Positions 1-12,771 are shown, numbered from the stretch's first letter. The stretch: 64,000 bases of DNA from an uncultured Gemmatimonadales bacterium (GCA_963809895.1 CAWELD010000003.1:640001-704000), one strand, 5' to 3'. Notes: generated by a model not told the origin, from the letters alone. Program-made: numbers and translations.

Positions 1-538
1 GCCCTACGTCCAGGCCGGCGAGGACGGTGCGCCGCGGGTGCGCTGGACCGGCGGGACCGGGCCTCGCCTCGTGGTGTCCCTCAGCCACAGCCACGGGGCC
101 GGTTTCGCGGCCGTGGGGCCGGGGCCGGAGCTGGCGCTGGGGGTCGATCTCGAGCGGGTGGAGCCACGCAGCGCGGCCTTCATCCGCGACTACCTCACGC
201 CCGCAGAGCAGGCGACCATCGCCGCCGCACCCGAGGATCACGTGCGGGTCCTGGCCAACCTGGCGTGGAGCGGCAAGGAATCGGTGCTCAAGGCGCTCCG
301 CGAGGGACTTCGCATGGACCCGGCGACGGTCGAGGTGGATCTGGAAGGGCCGGCCCGCGCGCTGGCGGACGCCGGCTCCGGGGTCTCCGAGGTCCCGTGG
401 CAGGGCCTCTCCGTGGTGCGAGCGAACGGTGGCTCGCTCCACGGTTGGTGGCGGCTGGAGGACGGTTTCGTGTGGACCATCGCCTGCGACGCCAGCGTGC
501 AGCTGCGGGAAGAGGCGCCGGTCGCCCGCGGCGCCTGA
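1..538 (+). CDS. 4'-phosphopantetheinyl transferase (Sfp-type), 5'-partial
   Basis: VSLSHS, GVDLE and WSGKESVLKA motifs; frame open to the window edge. Confidence 0.85.
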   Translation, partial: PYVQAGEDGAPRVRWTGGTGPRLVVSLSHSHGAGFAAVGPGPELALGVDLERVEPRSAAFIRDYLTPAEQATIAAAPEDHVRVLANLAWSGKESVLKALREGLRMDPATVEVDLEGPARALADAGSGVSEVPWQGLSVVRANGGSLHGWWRLEDGFVWTIACDASVQLREEAPVARGA

Positions 539-622
539 AGTCCCTGCGCTCTTCATCCCCGGGCCGGATTGCGTAGGTTTCGGGCTGGATGCCCTCCCCC
601 CACCCGAGCCCGCAAGGTGAAC

Positions 623-2976
623 GTGAGCGACACGGCTTCCGATGCCGGGCGCAGCGCCGGCAAGGACTTCATCCGGTCCATCATCGACCGGGACGTGGCC
701 GAGGAGCGCTACGACGAGATCGTGACGCGCTTCCCGCCGGAGCCCAACGGCTACCTGCACATCGGCCATGCCAAGTCCATCGTGCTCAACTTCGGTCTCG
801 CCGGCGAGTACGGCGGACGCTGTCATCTGCGCTTCGACGACACCAACCCCCTCACCGAGGACGAGGAGTACACGGCCTCGATCCAGAGCGACGTGCGCTG
901 GCTGGGATTCGACTGGGGCGAATATCTCTATTTCGCCTCGGACTACTTCGAGCGCATGTACGAGGTGGCGGAACGCCTGATCCGGGCGGGGAAGGCGTAC
1001 GTGGATTCGGCGACCGAGGAGGAGATTCGCGAAGCCCGCGGTACCGTGACCACCCCCGGGCGTCCCACCGCCTATCGCGACCGGTCGGTGGAGGAGAACC
1101 TGGATCTGTTCCGGCGCATGAGGGCTGGAGAATTTCCCGACGGCGCCCACGTCCTGAGGGCGCGCATCGATCTGGCGCATCCGAACATGATCATGCGCGA
1201 TCCCGTCTTCTACAGGATCCGGCACGCGCACCACTACCGCACCGGCGACGACTGGTGCATCTACCCGCTCTACGACTTCGCCCACTGCCTCGAGGACGCC
1301 TTCGAGGGCGTGAGCCACTCGCTGTGCACGCTGGAGTTCGACAACAACCGCGAGATCTACGACTGGATCCTGGAGCACGCCGGGTTCACCGAGCCGCGCC
1401 CCCACCAGTACGAGTTCGCCCGTCTGGAGCTCGAATACACGGTGCTCTCGAAGCGCAAGCTCATTCGCCTCGTCAAGGAGAAGCACGTCGACGGTTGGGA
1501 CGATCCGCGGCTGCCCACGCTGGCGGGGCTCCGGCGCCGGGGCGTGCCCCCCGAGGCCATCCGGCGGCTGTGCGAGATGGTGGGCGTGGCCAAGGCGGAC
1601 TCCACCGTGGACCTGGGCAAGCTGGACTACGCCATCCGCGACGTGCTCAACGACACGGCACCGCGGCGCCTGGCGGTGCTGGACCCGCTCAAGGTGGTGA
1701 TCACCAACTGGCCCGCGGGCAAGCAGGAAATGCTGTCGGCGCCCCACTTCCCGGATCGCGGAGCCGAGGATGGTACCCGCGATGTCCGACTCGGCCGGGA
1801 GCTGTACATCGAGCGTGACGACTTCGCCCTGGATCCCCCACCGGGCTGGAAGCGCATGGCGCCGGGCTGGGAGGTGCGCCTGCGCTACGCCTATGTGGTG
1901 AAGTGCGAGGAGGTGATGACGGATCCCGACAGCGGACGGGTGACCGAGCTGCGCTGCACCTACGATCCCGACACCCTGGGCGTGAATCCCCCGGACCGGC
2001 GGGTGGCGGGAACCGTGCACTGGGTGTCCGACCTGGACGCCGTCCTCGCCGAGGTGCGGCTCTACGACCGCCTGTTCTCGGTGCCCGATCCCGACGACGT
2101 GCCGGAGGGGGGCGACTTCACCGACAACCTGAACCCCGACTCCCGCGTGGTCATGTCCGAGGCGCTGGTGGAGCCGGCGCTGGCGGCCGCCGAGGGTCCG
2201 GAGCGGGTGCAGCTCGAACGGTTGGGGTTCTTCGCCCGCGATCCCGACTTCGCGCCGAGCCATCCGGTCTACAATCGCGTGGTGACGCTGCGCGACAGCT
2301 GGGCTCGCCGCCGCGCCGAGGCGGACGCGGAGCGGGGCGGGCGGTCCAGCAGGCGACCACGCCAGCGCGCCGCCGCCTCCCCAGACGCCCGAGGAGCGCA
2401 TCTCCCACGAGCGGCGCGAAGCGCGCCAGGGAGATCCGGAGCTGGCCGAGCGTTTCCGCCGGTACCAGGACGAGCTGGGGCTCTCGCTGGAAGACGCCGA
2501 CATCGTCACCGGATCCCGTGCCCTCTCGGACTTCTTCGAAGCGGCGCTGGACGTGCACGACGATGCCGCCTCGGTGGCGTCGTGGGTGACCAACGATCTC
2601 CAGGCCGAGCTCAAGGATCGCGAGCTGGAGGCGCTGCCCTTCGGGGGCCGCCAGCTCGGGCGGCTGGCAGCGCTGGTGGACGGAGGCACGGTCTCGCGCA
2701 GGGCCGCGCGTCAGGTCCTCGAGGAGATGGCGAGCCAGGGTGGCGATCCCGAGGACCTCGTGCGCAGCGCTCGGTCTGGAGAAGCTCAGCGACCCCGAGG
2801 CGCTCGCCGCGGTGGTGGCCGAGGTGCTGGAGGCGTGGTCCGAGAAGGTGGAGGAGTACCGAGCCGGCAACACCAACCTCCTGGGCCTCTTCATGGGGCA
2901 GGTCATGAAGCGCACCGGTGGCACGGCGGATCCGGCCCTGGCGCGCCGGCTGCTCCAGGAAGCGTTGCAGGACTGA
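623..2976 (+). CDS. glnS: Glutamine--tRNA ligase with C-terminal YqeY/GatB-like domain (apparent frameshifts near 2340 and 2765)
   Basis: RFPPEPNGYLHIGH, HSLCTLEF, LSKRKL; the C-terminus continues in other frames (VASWVTNDL; KVEEYRAGNTNLLGLFMGQVMKRTGG). Confidence 0.92.
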
Positions 2977-3046
2977 GCGCCTCGCGCCTGCCCGGCCGTC
3001 CCCGACCTCCAGCCAACGACTCGCTCACCGAGAACGAGGATTCCGC

Positions 3047-4502
3047 GTGTCCATCCGCGTCCGCTTTCCACCGTCTCCCACCGGCTACCTGCACGTGGGT
3101 GGCGCCCGTACGGCCCTCTTCAACTGGCTGCTCGCGCGACAACAGGGTGGCAGCTTCGTGCTGCGCATCGAGGATACCGATCGCGAGCGATCCGACGAGG
3201 CGCACGTCCAGGCGATCCTGGAGGGCCTCACCTGGCTGGGCTTGGACTGGGACGAAGGACCGTTCTTCCAGAGCCGGGGCGTGGAGCGGCATCGTGCGGC
3301 GGCGCGCCGCCTCCTGGAAGAAGGGAAGGCGTATCGGGACTTCACCGATCCCGCCGAGCTGAGGGCGGAGGCCGAGGCGAGAGGCATCGGGCATCCCAGC
3401 GTGCTGGCCCGGGAGAAGGCCGACGCCATGAGCGCCGACGAGATCCAGGAGCGCGTGGACAGGGGCGAGCCCCATGCCGTTCGCCTGCGGGTGCCGGAAG
3501 GCGAGACGCGCTGGCACGATCTGGTCCATGGCGACATGGTCTTCGCCAACGCCGACCTGGACGATCTGGTGATCCTGCGCAGCGACGGCTCGCCCATCTA
3601 CAATCTGGCCGTGGTCTCCGACGATGCCGAGCAGGGCATCACCCACGTGGTCCGGGGCGACGACCACCTGTCCAACACGCCGAAGCAGATCCTGATCTAC
3701 GAGGCGCTGGGGCTCGCCGTGCCCACCTTCGGGCACGTGCCCATGATCCTCGGACCCGACGGCAAGCGCCTGTCCAAGCGTCACGGCGCCACCGCCGTGG
3801 CCGAGTACGCCCGCAGCGGAATCCTCCCGGAGGCCATGGTCAACTTCCTCGCGCTCCTGGGCTGGAATCCCGGCGACGAGCGCGAGGTCATGGATCGCGC
3901 CGAGCTGGTGCGGTCGTTCGCCATGGAACGGGTGCAGAAGAAGAGCGCCGTCTTCGACATGGCCAAGCTCGAGTGGCTGAACGGGCAGTATCTGGCCGAG
4001 AAGCCCGCCGAGGCGCTGGCGCCCCTGGTCACGGAGCGTCTGGCGGAGCGCGGAATCACGCCGGAGCGCTGGAGCGCGCGGGGTGAGGCGTGGTTCGAGG
4101 CGTTGGTGGATCTCCTCAAGACCCGGTCCCGGACCGTCGAGGAGCTGGCGGCTCAGGCCGTGCCGTACCTGGTGGACGATCCGGAGCTGGACGCCGATGC
4201 GGTGGCCAGGCACTGGAACAAGGATCCCGAGGGCGTGGCCACCCGCTTGCGCCGATTGCGCTCGGTCTACGAGGACTGCCCATGGCAGGCGCAGGCCCTG
4301 GAAGAGCGCCTGCGGGCGCATGGCAGCCGAGCTCGGGCGTCGGGGCGGGAAAGGTGATCCATCCGCTGCGGGTGGCGCTCACCGGTCAGGCTGCGAGTCC
4401 CGGGATCTTCGACGTGCTCCTGGTTCTGGGGCGCGACACGTCGCTGCACGGATCGACCGGGCCCTGCACAGACTGGGCGCGGAGCACGAAAAGCTTTCTT
4501 GA
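3047..4502 (+). CDS. gltX: Glutamate--tRNA ligase (apparent frameshifts near 4330 and 4445)
   Basis: [37 protein letters not shown]-terminal [14 protein letters not shown] lies in a shifted frame. Confidence 0.93.
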
Positions 4503-4528
4503 CACCGATTCGGAGCGCATAGTAGAGT
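4499..4528 (+). promoter_or_regulatory. Putative sigma70 promoter of the lexA-like gene
   Basis: TTGACA (4499-4504), 18 nt spacer, TAGAGT (4523-4528). Confidence 0.55.
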
Positions 4529-4645
4529 AACCATCCGTTTCCGAGCCGGTATCAGGTGTCCGGAGCGGACGGCGAAATCGGAACCGCGGATACCGTTTTG
4601 CCGCGGGCTTCTGCCCCATTGGGGCGTTTCAGTACGGAGTCCGGG

Positions 4646-5290
4646 ATGTCCTTGAGCCTGAGCGAGATCGAGAGAAAGATCCTGGATTACATGGTGTCGT
4701 ACCTGCGTACGAACACCTATCAGCCGTCGATCCGGGAGATCGGCGAGCGCTTCGGCATCAAGAGCACCAAGACCGTCTCCGAGCACCTGCAGGCGCTGGC
4801 GGAGAAGGGCTTCCTCGAGCGCGACCCGTCGCGTTCCCGCGGGGTCCGCATCCTGGGCGTCGATCTCAGCCCCGACGCCGTGTCCGTTCCCCTCTTCGGC
4901 GACCTGCCCGAGGACCGCATGGCGCGCTCCGAGGGCAACCTCACGGTGGATCGCCGCTTGGCCGGCGCGAAGGGCGGGTTCTTCGTCCGGGTGCGTGGCG
5001 ACGAGATGGCGTTGGTGGGCATCCAGGACGGGGATCTCCTCCTGGTGGAGCCCGCGGCCGTGGACGAGGTGCCCGATGGAAGCCTGGTGGCGGTCCGCAG
5101 CAACGGGTCCCGTCCCACCTTCCAGCGCCTGGGCAAGAACGGGCGCAGCGTCTCCCTGCAGCCGCTGTCCGTGGGAGCCCCGGCGACGGTGGTGGAGGAG
5201 CCGGGCCGGCTGAATCTGGTGGGACGCGTCGCCGGCCTCTTCCGGCGCATGGACCGTCCCGACACCACGGTGAGTCTCACCGCCCACTGA
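4646..5290 (+). CDS. lexA: LexA-family repressor homologue with degenerate S24 peptidase domain
   Basis: LexA wHTH (QPSIREIGERFGIKSTKTVSEHLQALAEKGFLERDPSRSRG) plus S24-like C-terminus with GDEM and TFQRL. Confidence 0.8.
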   Translation: MSLSLSEIERKILDYMVSYLRTNTYQPSIREIGERFGIKSTKTVSEHLQALAEKGFLERDPSRSRGVRILGVDLSPDAVSVPLFGDLPEDRMARSEGNLTVDRRLAGAKGGFFVRVRGDEMALVGIQDGDLLLVEPAAVDEVPDGSLVAVRSNGSRPTFQRLGKNGRSVSLQPLSVGAPATVVEEPGRLNLVGRVAGLFRRMDRPDTTVSLTAH

Positions 5291-5294
5291 CCCC

Positions 5295-5762
5295 GTGTCC
5301 GCGGGGGAGCCACGAGCCGGCGACCGGGCCTGGATGGCGCGGGCGCTGGAGCAGGCACGGCTGGCGGCGCTTCGGAGCGAGGTCCCGGTGGGTGCCGTCC
5401 TGGTGCGCGACGATCGCCTGGTGGCCGAGGGCCACAATCGCACCGTCACCGATGCCGATCCCACGGCCCACGCCGAGATGGTGGCGCTGCGCCGGGCCGC
5501 CCGTGATCAGGGGGATTTCCGACTGGAGGAGGCCACCCTCTACGTCACGCTGGAGCCCTGCGCCATGTGTGCCGGTGCCGTGGTCCTGGCACGGGTGCCC
5601 AGGGTCGTCTACGGCGCCACCGATCCCAAGGCGGGCATGGCGGGCACGCTCGGCAATCTCCTCCAGGATGCACGCCTGAACCACCGCTGCCAGGTGACGG
5701 CGGGCGTCCTGGCTGGCCCGTCGGGGGATCTGCTCCGGCGCTTCTTCCGGGCGCGTCGCTGA
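5295..5762 (+). CDS. tadA: tRNA adenosine(34) deaminase
   Basis: EVPVGAV, DPTAHAE and TLEPCAMC motifs. Confidence 0.93.
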   Translation: MSAGEPRAGDRAWMARALEQARLAALRSEVPVGAVLVRDDRLVAEGHNRTVTDADPTAHAEMVALRRAARDQGDFRLEEATLYVTLEPCAMCAGAVVLARVPRVVYGATDPKAGMAGTLGNLLQDARLNHRCQVTAGVLAGPSGDLLRRFFRARR

Positions 5763-5783
5763 GGCGACGCTCCGCTTCCGGGC

Positions 5784-7761
5784 TCAGCCCGTGGCCGGTG
5801 ACGCCGGCGGCGCATCCCGCTCCAGCGCCACCTGCTCGCGCACCGAGATCCCTCTCAGACGCAGGAAGAGCCACAGCACGAAGACGCCCCCGGTGAGCGC
5901 GAGCCAGTTGGGGAGCCCGTAGGCCGTGCCGATGTCCCCCAACACCATTCCCACGACCGCCACCAGGAAGGCGTAGGGCAGCTGCGTGCGCACGTGGTCC
6001 ACGTGGTCGCACGCCGAGGCCGTGGACGACAGCACCGTGGTGTCGGAGATGGGCGAGCAGTGGTCGCCGAAGATCGCGCCCGCCAGCACCGAGCTGATGG
6101 AGCCCAGCAGGATGGAATAGTGGGCGCCACCGGCGAAACCCGCCGCGCCGCCCAGGCCCACGGTGAGCGGGATGGCCAGCGGGATCAGGATCGCCATGGT
6201 GCCCCACGAGGTCCCGGTAGCGAAGCTCATGGCCGCGGCTGTGACGAAGATGAGCCAGGGCAGGAGCTGGAGGGGGATGCTGCCGGCCAGGAGCTGCGCC
6301 AGGTACGACGCGGTGCCGAGCTGCTCGGTGACGGCGCCCAGGGACCAGGCCAGCGTCAGGATGATCATGGCGATCACCATGGCCTTGATCCCCCCGAGCC
6401 AGGCTTCGATGGCCTCGCCCTTGGTCAGGAGCCCCTGACCCACCGACAGCAGGAAGGCCACCAGGCACCCGGTGAACGATCCCCACAGCAGCGTGGCGAA
6501 GGGGTCCGCGGCCCCGAAGACGTCCATGAGCGAGGCGTCCTCGCCCACGCCGGCCTTGCCCGTGGTGTAGAGGCCGATGAGCACCACCAGGATCACCGAC
6601 AGCACCGGAATGGCCGCGTTCCACCAGCGGTGCGTCACACCGGGCTTGGCCTCCATGGCCTCGGCCCCGGTGTCGACGGCGAGCTGAGCACCCTCGCGGT
6701 AGAGCCCGTTCCCTTCGATGGCCCGCCGCTCGGCGGCCGCCATGGGTCCGAAATCCCGGTCCATGAGGGTGGTCAGCAGGACGAAGACCAGGGCCAGGAG
6801 AGGATAGAAGAGATAGGGGATGGTGTGGATGAAGATGGTGAAGGGGCTGGATCCCACGAGCTGGTCGAGGATGGCCGAGTTGCCGGCGTTCTGTTGCTCC
6901 GCGATGCGGATTCCGTCGGCGATGAGGCTGATCTCGTAGCCCACCCAGGTGGAGATGGGCACCAGCGCCGCCACCGGCGCCGCCGTGGAATCCACGATGT
7001 AGGCCAGCTTCTCGCGGGAGATCTTCAGGCGGTCCGTGATGGGCCGCATGGTATTGCCGACGATGAGCGTGTTGGCGTAGTCGTCGAAGAAGATGCCGAG
7101 CCCGGCGAGCCAGGCGGCGAACTTGCCGCGCCGGGGGGTTCGTGCGAAGGGCGTCACCGCCTCCACGATCCCCATGGTGCCGCCGTTGCGGGACATGATC
7201 CCCACCATCCCCCCGAGCAACAGCGAGAACACCACGATCTGCGTGTGTCCACCCTGCACGTCGCCCAGCGCGGGCACCACGAAGGTGTCGATGACCCGGC
7301 CCGTGGCAGCGATGGGGTTGAAGCCGGCTACCGCCAGCGCGCCCAGCCAGACCCCCGCCAGCAGCGCCGTGATCACCTCGCGGAAGACCAGGGCGAGGAT
7401 GATGGCCACGATGGGCGGAAGCAGCGAGAACCATCCGCTGGTGAGCGTCGGCTCGACCACGTGCTCGGCGTCGCCGATGTGCACGGTGATGGGGAGCTGC
7501 TCACGGACGTTGACGGTGAGGTCCCGGAGCGTCGCCGTGCCGTAGGGCTCCACCGTGCCCTGGCCGATCTACCTGTCCCGTCGCGTCCTCCACCCGGATC
7601 GACAGGGCCGGACCGCCCTCGGCCCCCTGCACGGTCAGATCGAAGGGCACGCCCTTGAGCACGACCCGGGGCGCGTCCTGCACCTCCTGGGCCGGCAGCA
7701 CGGTGGGAAGGGTGGGAAGGGCCAGAAGCAGGGCGAGAACCAGGCGCGTGAGCGTCTGCAT
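5784..7761 (-). CDS. Na+/H+ antiporter NhaC-family transporter with N-terminal exported domain (apparent frameshift near 7565)
   Basis: IFFDDYAN, SREKLAYIVDSTAAP, FATGTSWGT, GDHCSPISDTT; signal-peptide-like MQTLTRLVLALLL in the upstream frame. Confidence 0.85.
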
Positions 7762-7849
7762 GCAGGTGGTCTCCCGTGAGGCGGGTGGATGCGGGCGTGG
7801 AGGGAGGGGATGGGACCGGTCATGATGCGGGCGTCGGGGTGGCGTGTAA

Positions 7850-8516
<667 letters not shown>

Positions 8517-8520
<4 letters not shown>

Positions 8521-9489
8521 ACCATCCCAACTCGCCCCTGGGCAAGGACCTGGTCGGCCTGGAGCCGCTCTCGGCCGAGCAGATCCGGACGATCCTGGAC
8601 ACGGCCGAGCCCTTCAAGGAGATCAGCGAGCGCCGCATCAAGAAGGTGCCGGTGCTCCGGGGCCAGACCATCGTCAACCTTTTCTTCGAGCCGTCCACCC
8701 GGACGCGTATATCCTTCGAGTTCGCCGAGAAGCGCCTCTCCGCCGACACCGTGAACATCTCGTCCAGCGGCTCGTCGGTGGTGAAGGGCGAGACGTTGGT
8801 GGACACGGCCCGCAACCTGGAGGCCATGAAGATCGACATGGTGGTCATGCGCCACGGGTCGTCGGGCGCCGCCCGCTTCCTGGCCGAGCGCATCCCCTCC
8901 AATGTGATCAACGCCGGCGACGGACGTCACGAGCATCCCACCCAGGGGTTGCTGGACATGCTCACGATCCGGGACCACAGGGGCACGCATCGAGGGCCTC
9001 AAGGTCTGCATCGTCGGCGACGTGCTCCACTCCAGGGTGGCCCGCTCCAACATCTTCGGACTCCTCAAGCTGGGGGCCGAAGTCGCCGTGTGTGGGCCGC
9101 GCACGCTGCTGCCCGTGGGGATCGAGCAGATGGGCGTGGAGGTCTTCGCCCGGGTCGAGGACGCCATCCAGTGGGCTGACGTGCTCAACGTGCTCAGGCT
9201 TCAGCTCGAGCGCATGCAGGGCGGGTACGTGCCCAGCCTGCGAGAATACAATCGCATCTACGGCGTCTCCTCGGAGCGGCTGGAGCGCGCGCCGCGGGAG
9301 CTGCTGATCCTGCACCCGGGCCCCATGAACCGGGGCGTGGAGATCGACTCGGACGTGGCCGACGGCCCCCATTCGGTGATCCTCAATCAGGTGACCAACG
9401 GCGTGGCGGTGCGCATGGCAGTGCTCTATCTTCTGGCAGGCGGCGCTCCCGAGAAGGCCGAAGCGGCCAAGCAGGGAGGCGGATCGTGA
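8517..9489 (+). CDS. pyrB: Aspartate carbamoyltransferase catalytic subunit (apparent frameshift near 8985)
   Basis: [35 protein letters not shown] across two frames. Confidence 0.93.
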
Positions 9490-10778
9490 CTCCCCGGCCC
9501 ATCGTGCTCACCGGCGGCCGCGTCGTGGATCCCTCGCAGCGGATCGACGAGGTGCGGGACGTCTTCCTGGCCGAGGGCCGCGTGGTCGGTACGGGGCCGG
9601 GCCTCGGCCGTCCCGACGATGCCGAGGTATTGGACGTCTCGGGCAAGGTGGTGACGCCGGGGCTCATCGACGTGCACGTCCACCTGCGCGAGCCCGGCCA
9701 GGAGCACAAGGAGACCATCGCCACCGGCGCCCGGGCGGCGGCGGCAGGGGGATTCACCTCCATCGTGGCCATGCCCAACACGGATCCGGTCATCGATTCG
9801 CCGGCGTCGGTGGGATACGTGCTGGCCGCGGGACTGCGGGCGGGGGCGGCGCGGGTCTATCCCACCGGCGCCATCTCGGTGGGGCTGAAGGGCGAGCGCC
9901 TGGCCGAGATCGGCGAGATGGTGGAGGCCGGAGCGGTGGCCGTCACGGACGACGGGAATCCCGTCATGGATTCCGGACTCATGCGCCTGGCGCTGGAGTA
10001 CGCCCGCGGCTTCGACATTCCGGTGGCGGATCACCCTGAAGACCTGGGGCTGTCCCGGGGCGGCCACATGAACGAGGGGCTCGTCTCCAGCCGCCTCGGG
10101 GTCGGCGGCAAGCCCAACGCCAGCGAGGACGTGCACATCGTGCGCGACCTCCTGGTGGCCGAGTTCACCGGGGGCCACATCCACCTGCAGCACGTGTCCA
10201 CGGCCTTCGGCGTCGAGATGATCCGGCGCGCCCGCGAGCGCGGCGTGCGGGTGACCGCCGAGGCCAGCCCGCACCACCTGCTCCTCACCGACGAAGCGGT
10301 GGAGGGCTACCGGACCGAGGCGAAGATGAACCCGCCGCTCCGGAGCGCGGCGGACCGTGCGGCGGTCATGGAAGGCCTCAGGGACGGTACGCTCGACGTG
10401 GTGGCCACCGATCACGCTCCGCACCATTACGACGAGAAGGAGCAGGCCTTCGACGACGCGCCCAACGGCATCGTCGGCCTGGAAACGGCGGTCGGCCTGA
10501 TGCTGACGCATGTGGTGGGGAAGGGGATCCTGGACCTGCCCACGCTGGTGGAGCGCATGAGCTGCCAGCCCGCCCGTGCCTTCAACTTGCCCGGGGGGAC
10601 GCTGGAGGCCGGCAGCCCTGCCGATGTCACGGTGCTGGACACCGAGGCTCGCTGGACCGTGGACCCGGCTCGCTTCCGCTCCCGGAGCCGCAACACGCCT
10701 TTCGGTGGTTGGGAGCTGACCGGCCGCGCCGCGCTCACCATCGTGGGCGGGACGGTGATCCACCGGGCCGGGGGCTGA
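9486..10778 (+). CDS. pyrC: Dihydroorotase
   Basis: [28 protein letters not shown]. Confidence 0.95.
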   Translation: MTPRPIVLTGGRVVDPSQRIDEVRDVFLAEGRVVGTGPGLGRPDDAEVLDVSGKVVTPGLIDVHVHLREPGQEHKETIATGARAAAAGGFTSIVAMPNTDPVIDSPASVGYVLAAGLRAGAARVYPTGAISVGLKGERLAEIGEMVEAGAVAVTDDGNPVMDSGLMRLALEYARGFDIPVADHPEDLGLSRGGHMNEGLVSSRLGVGGKPNASEDVHIVRDLLVAEFTGGHIHLQHVSTAFGVEMIRRARERGVRVTAEASPHHLLLTDEAVEGYRTEAKMNPPLRSAADRAAVMEGLRDGTLDVVATDHAPHHYDEKEQAFDDAPNGIVGLETAVGLMLTHVVGKGILDLPTLVERMSCQPARAFNLPGGTLEAGSPADVTVLDTEARWTVDPARFRSRSRNTPFGGWELTGRAALTIVGGTVIHRAGG

Positions 10779-10896
10779 CGCGCTCGCCTGGCCACGACCG
10801 TGGCTATAGGCCAGAAGGAGAGCAGGACCGCACGAAGAACGAGTTGGCGAAGTCGTCCGCTTGCCTGTATGATGTGATTACTGCGGACAAGTGACG

Positions 10897-11319
10897 ATGA
10901 AGAAGATCCGGTTGGTCCTCGGACAGCTCGTGCGGCGACTGCACTTCCGCTGAAGAGCAGTCCCCCCCCGTCCGTCACCGGCTCGCCAATCGAGCAGGTC
11001 GCGGCGTCGGGCTACGTGGTCTTCATGGATCCCCGGGAGCGCCTCCCGCGCCAACGTCCTTTCCAGGAGGGCGGGGCGGTCAACCTGGCGGACGCCGACT
11101 TCAAGTCCTATGTAATGAGCTTCGAGGTGCTGCACTCGGCCAGCGTCGGCTGGTATCGCGAGATGATGCACGCCCCTGCGCTGCACGCCTCGTCCACAGG
11201 CACGCGGCCATCGGCGCCACGCGCACCTTCCTGGTCTCCAGAATGCCCAGACCGAGCTGCGACGAGGGGCGGGCCGCGCCCAGCCTCCCATGGACTTTGG
11301 AGAAGCGGGAAGACGCGTT
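10897..11319 (+). pseudogene. Frameshifted, IS-truncated hypothetical (possibly exported) protein remnant
   Basis: MKKIRLVLGQLV start; a one-base shift gives an open frame (..SPIEQVAASGYVVFMDPRE..) running into the IS3 end. Confidence 0.3.
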
Positions 11320-11422
11320 TGTAGTGGTTCAGCCGCTTTCGGACTTTTCGGAGGGATGAGGGAGTGACAGGTTGGACCTGGTCGGGCGGCGGGAGCCGCG
11401 GTCACCGAACAGGGAGACGAGG

Positions 11423-11731
11423 GTGGCGAAGAAGCGAAAGGGGACGAGGCAGTTCACGGTCGAAGAGAAGCTCCGGATTCTGGAGGAAGCGCGGCAGCCG
11501 GGGACGACGGTAGCGGAAGTGCTGCGCCGGTATCAGGTGGACGGGACGACGTTCTATCGGTGGGAGAAGCAGGCGAAGGCGGGGATGCGGGAAGCGCTGA
11601 GCGGTCGGACGCATCGGCACGGGAAGGCGAGCGAGCGCGAGATCGAACGCCTGGAGGCGGAGCTGCAGAAGAAGCGTCGGATCATCGCCGAGGTTGTGGA
11701 AGAGAACCTCGAGCTAAAAAGGGGGCTCTGA
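11423..11731 (+). CDS. IS3 transposase OrfA (HTH)
   Basis: RQFTVEEKLRILEE...TFYRW plus coiled coil. Confidence 0.88.
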   Translation: MAKKRKGTRQFTVEEKLRILEEARQPGTTVAEVLRRYQVDGTTFYRWEKQAKAGMREALSGRTHRHGKASEREIERLEAELQKKRRIIAEVVEENLELKRGL

Positions 11732-12708
11732 AGCTGGGGTCGACGAGCCGCCACACGGCCGCCGAGAAGCGAGCGGCGCTGAAGCTGGTGGCGAGGACGA
11801 GGGCCCGGACGGGGTGGACGATTCGGCGGATCCTGCGGCAGTTGGGCTTCCCGAAGTCGCGCTACTACGACTGGAGGCGACGATGGGAGAAGGGATTTCT
11901 GGAGGATCTGTTCCCGGGCGCGAGGAGCTCGCCCCAGGCGATCTTGCCGGAGGAGAAGGAGGCGGTGATCGACTTCGCGCTTCGGCATCCGAGGGAGGGC
12001 TACCGGCGGCTGGCCTGGATGATGATTGATGCGGACGTGGCCTACGTGAGCCCCTCGAGCGTGTACCGGATCCTGAGCGACGCGGATCTGTTGTACCGAT
12101 GGAAGCGAAGTCGTCGGTCGGGGGAGCCGCCTCCGGAGCCGACCGGGCCGAACGAGCGGTGGCATACGGACCTGATGTACCTGCGGATCGAAGACACGTG
12201 GTACTTCCTGGTCACGGTGCTCGACGCCTACAGCCGGTACGTCGTGCATTGGGATCTGCTCACGACGATGACGGCGGCCGAGGTTCGGGTGGTGATCCAG
12301 GACGCCCTCGAGCAGACGGGCGCGAGCCCGGAGATCGTGACCGACAACGGCAGCCAGTTCCGGGCGAAGGACTTCAAGGAGCTGGTCCGCGACTTCGAGC
12401 TCGAACACATCCGGATCCGAACCTATCACCCGGAGTCGAATGGCAAGATTGAGCGGTTCCATCGGAGCACGCGGGATGCGCTCGACGAGCAGGACCTGAC
12501 GAACCTGGCCCGAGCGCGGGAGATCATCGGCCGCTGGGTCGACTTCTACAACCACGAGCGGCTGCACGCGTCGCTCCACTACCTCCCTCCCGCCGAGTAC
12601 TGGGCCGGCGAGCCCGAGGCTCGCATCGAGGAGCGAAGAGAGAAGCTCGCACGCGCCCGCCAACGGCGCGAAACCATCAACCGAGCGCGGCTCGCTCAGG
12701 CCGCCTGA
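11728..12708 (+). CDS. IS3 transposase OrfB (rve DDE), reached by -1 frameshift
   Basis: WHTD, VLDAYSR, TDNGSQF, NGKIERFH, YNHERLH. Confidence 0.9.
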   Translation: MKLGSTSRHTAAEKRAALKLVARTRARTGWTIRRILRQLGFPKSRYYDWRRRWEKGFLEDLFPGARSSPQAILPEEKEAVIDFALRHPREGYRRLAWMMIDADVAYVSPSSVYRILSDADLLYRWKRSRRSGEPPPEPTGPNERWHTDLMYLRIEDTWYFLVTVLDAYSRYVVHWDLLTTMTAAEVRVVIQDALEQTGASPEIVTDNGSQFRAKDFKELVRDFELEHIRIRTYHPESNGKIERFHRSTRDALDEQDLTNLARAREIIGRWVDFYNHERLHASLHYLPPAEYWAGEPEARIEERREKLARARQRRETINRARLAQAA

Positions 12709-12771
12709 CCGGGAAACGACCTGTAACTCTCAAGCCCTCGCCATTTGTCCGAAAGGCTCTGAAGCGCGACA

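Larger units (their letters stand above)
11320..12771 (+). mobile_element. IS3-family insertion sequence
   Basis: TG...CA ends; imperfect IRs TGTAGTGGTTCAGCCGCTTTCGGAC and TGTCGCGCTTCAGAGCCTTTCGGAC (rc); orfA/orfB with AAAAAGGGGG slippery site at 11716-11725; no clear target duplication. Confidence 0.9.
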
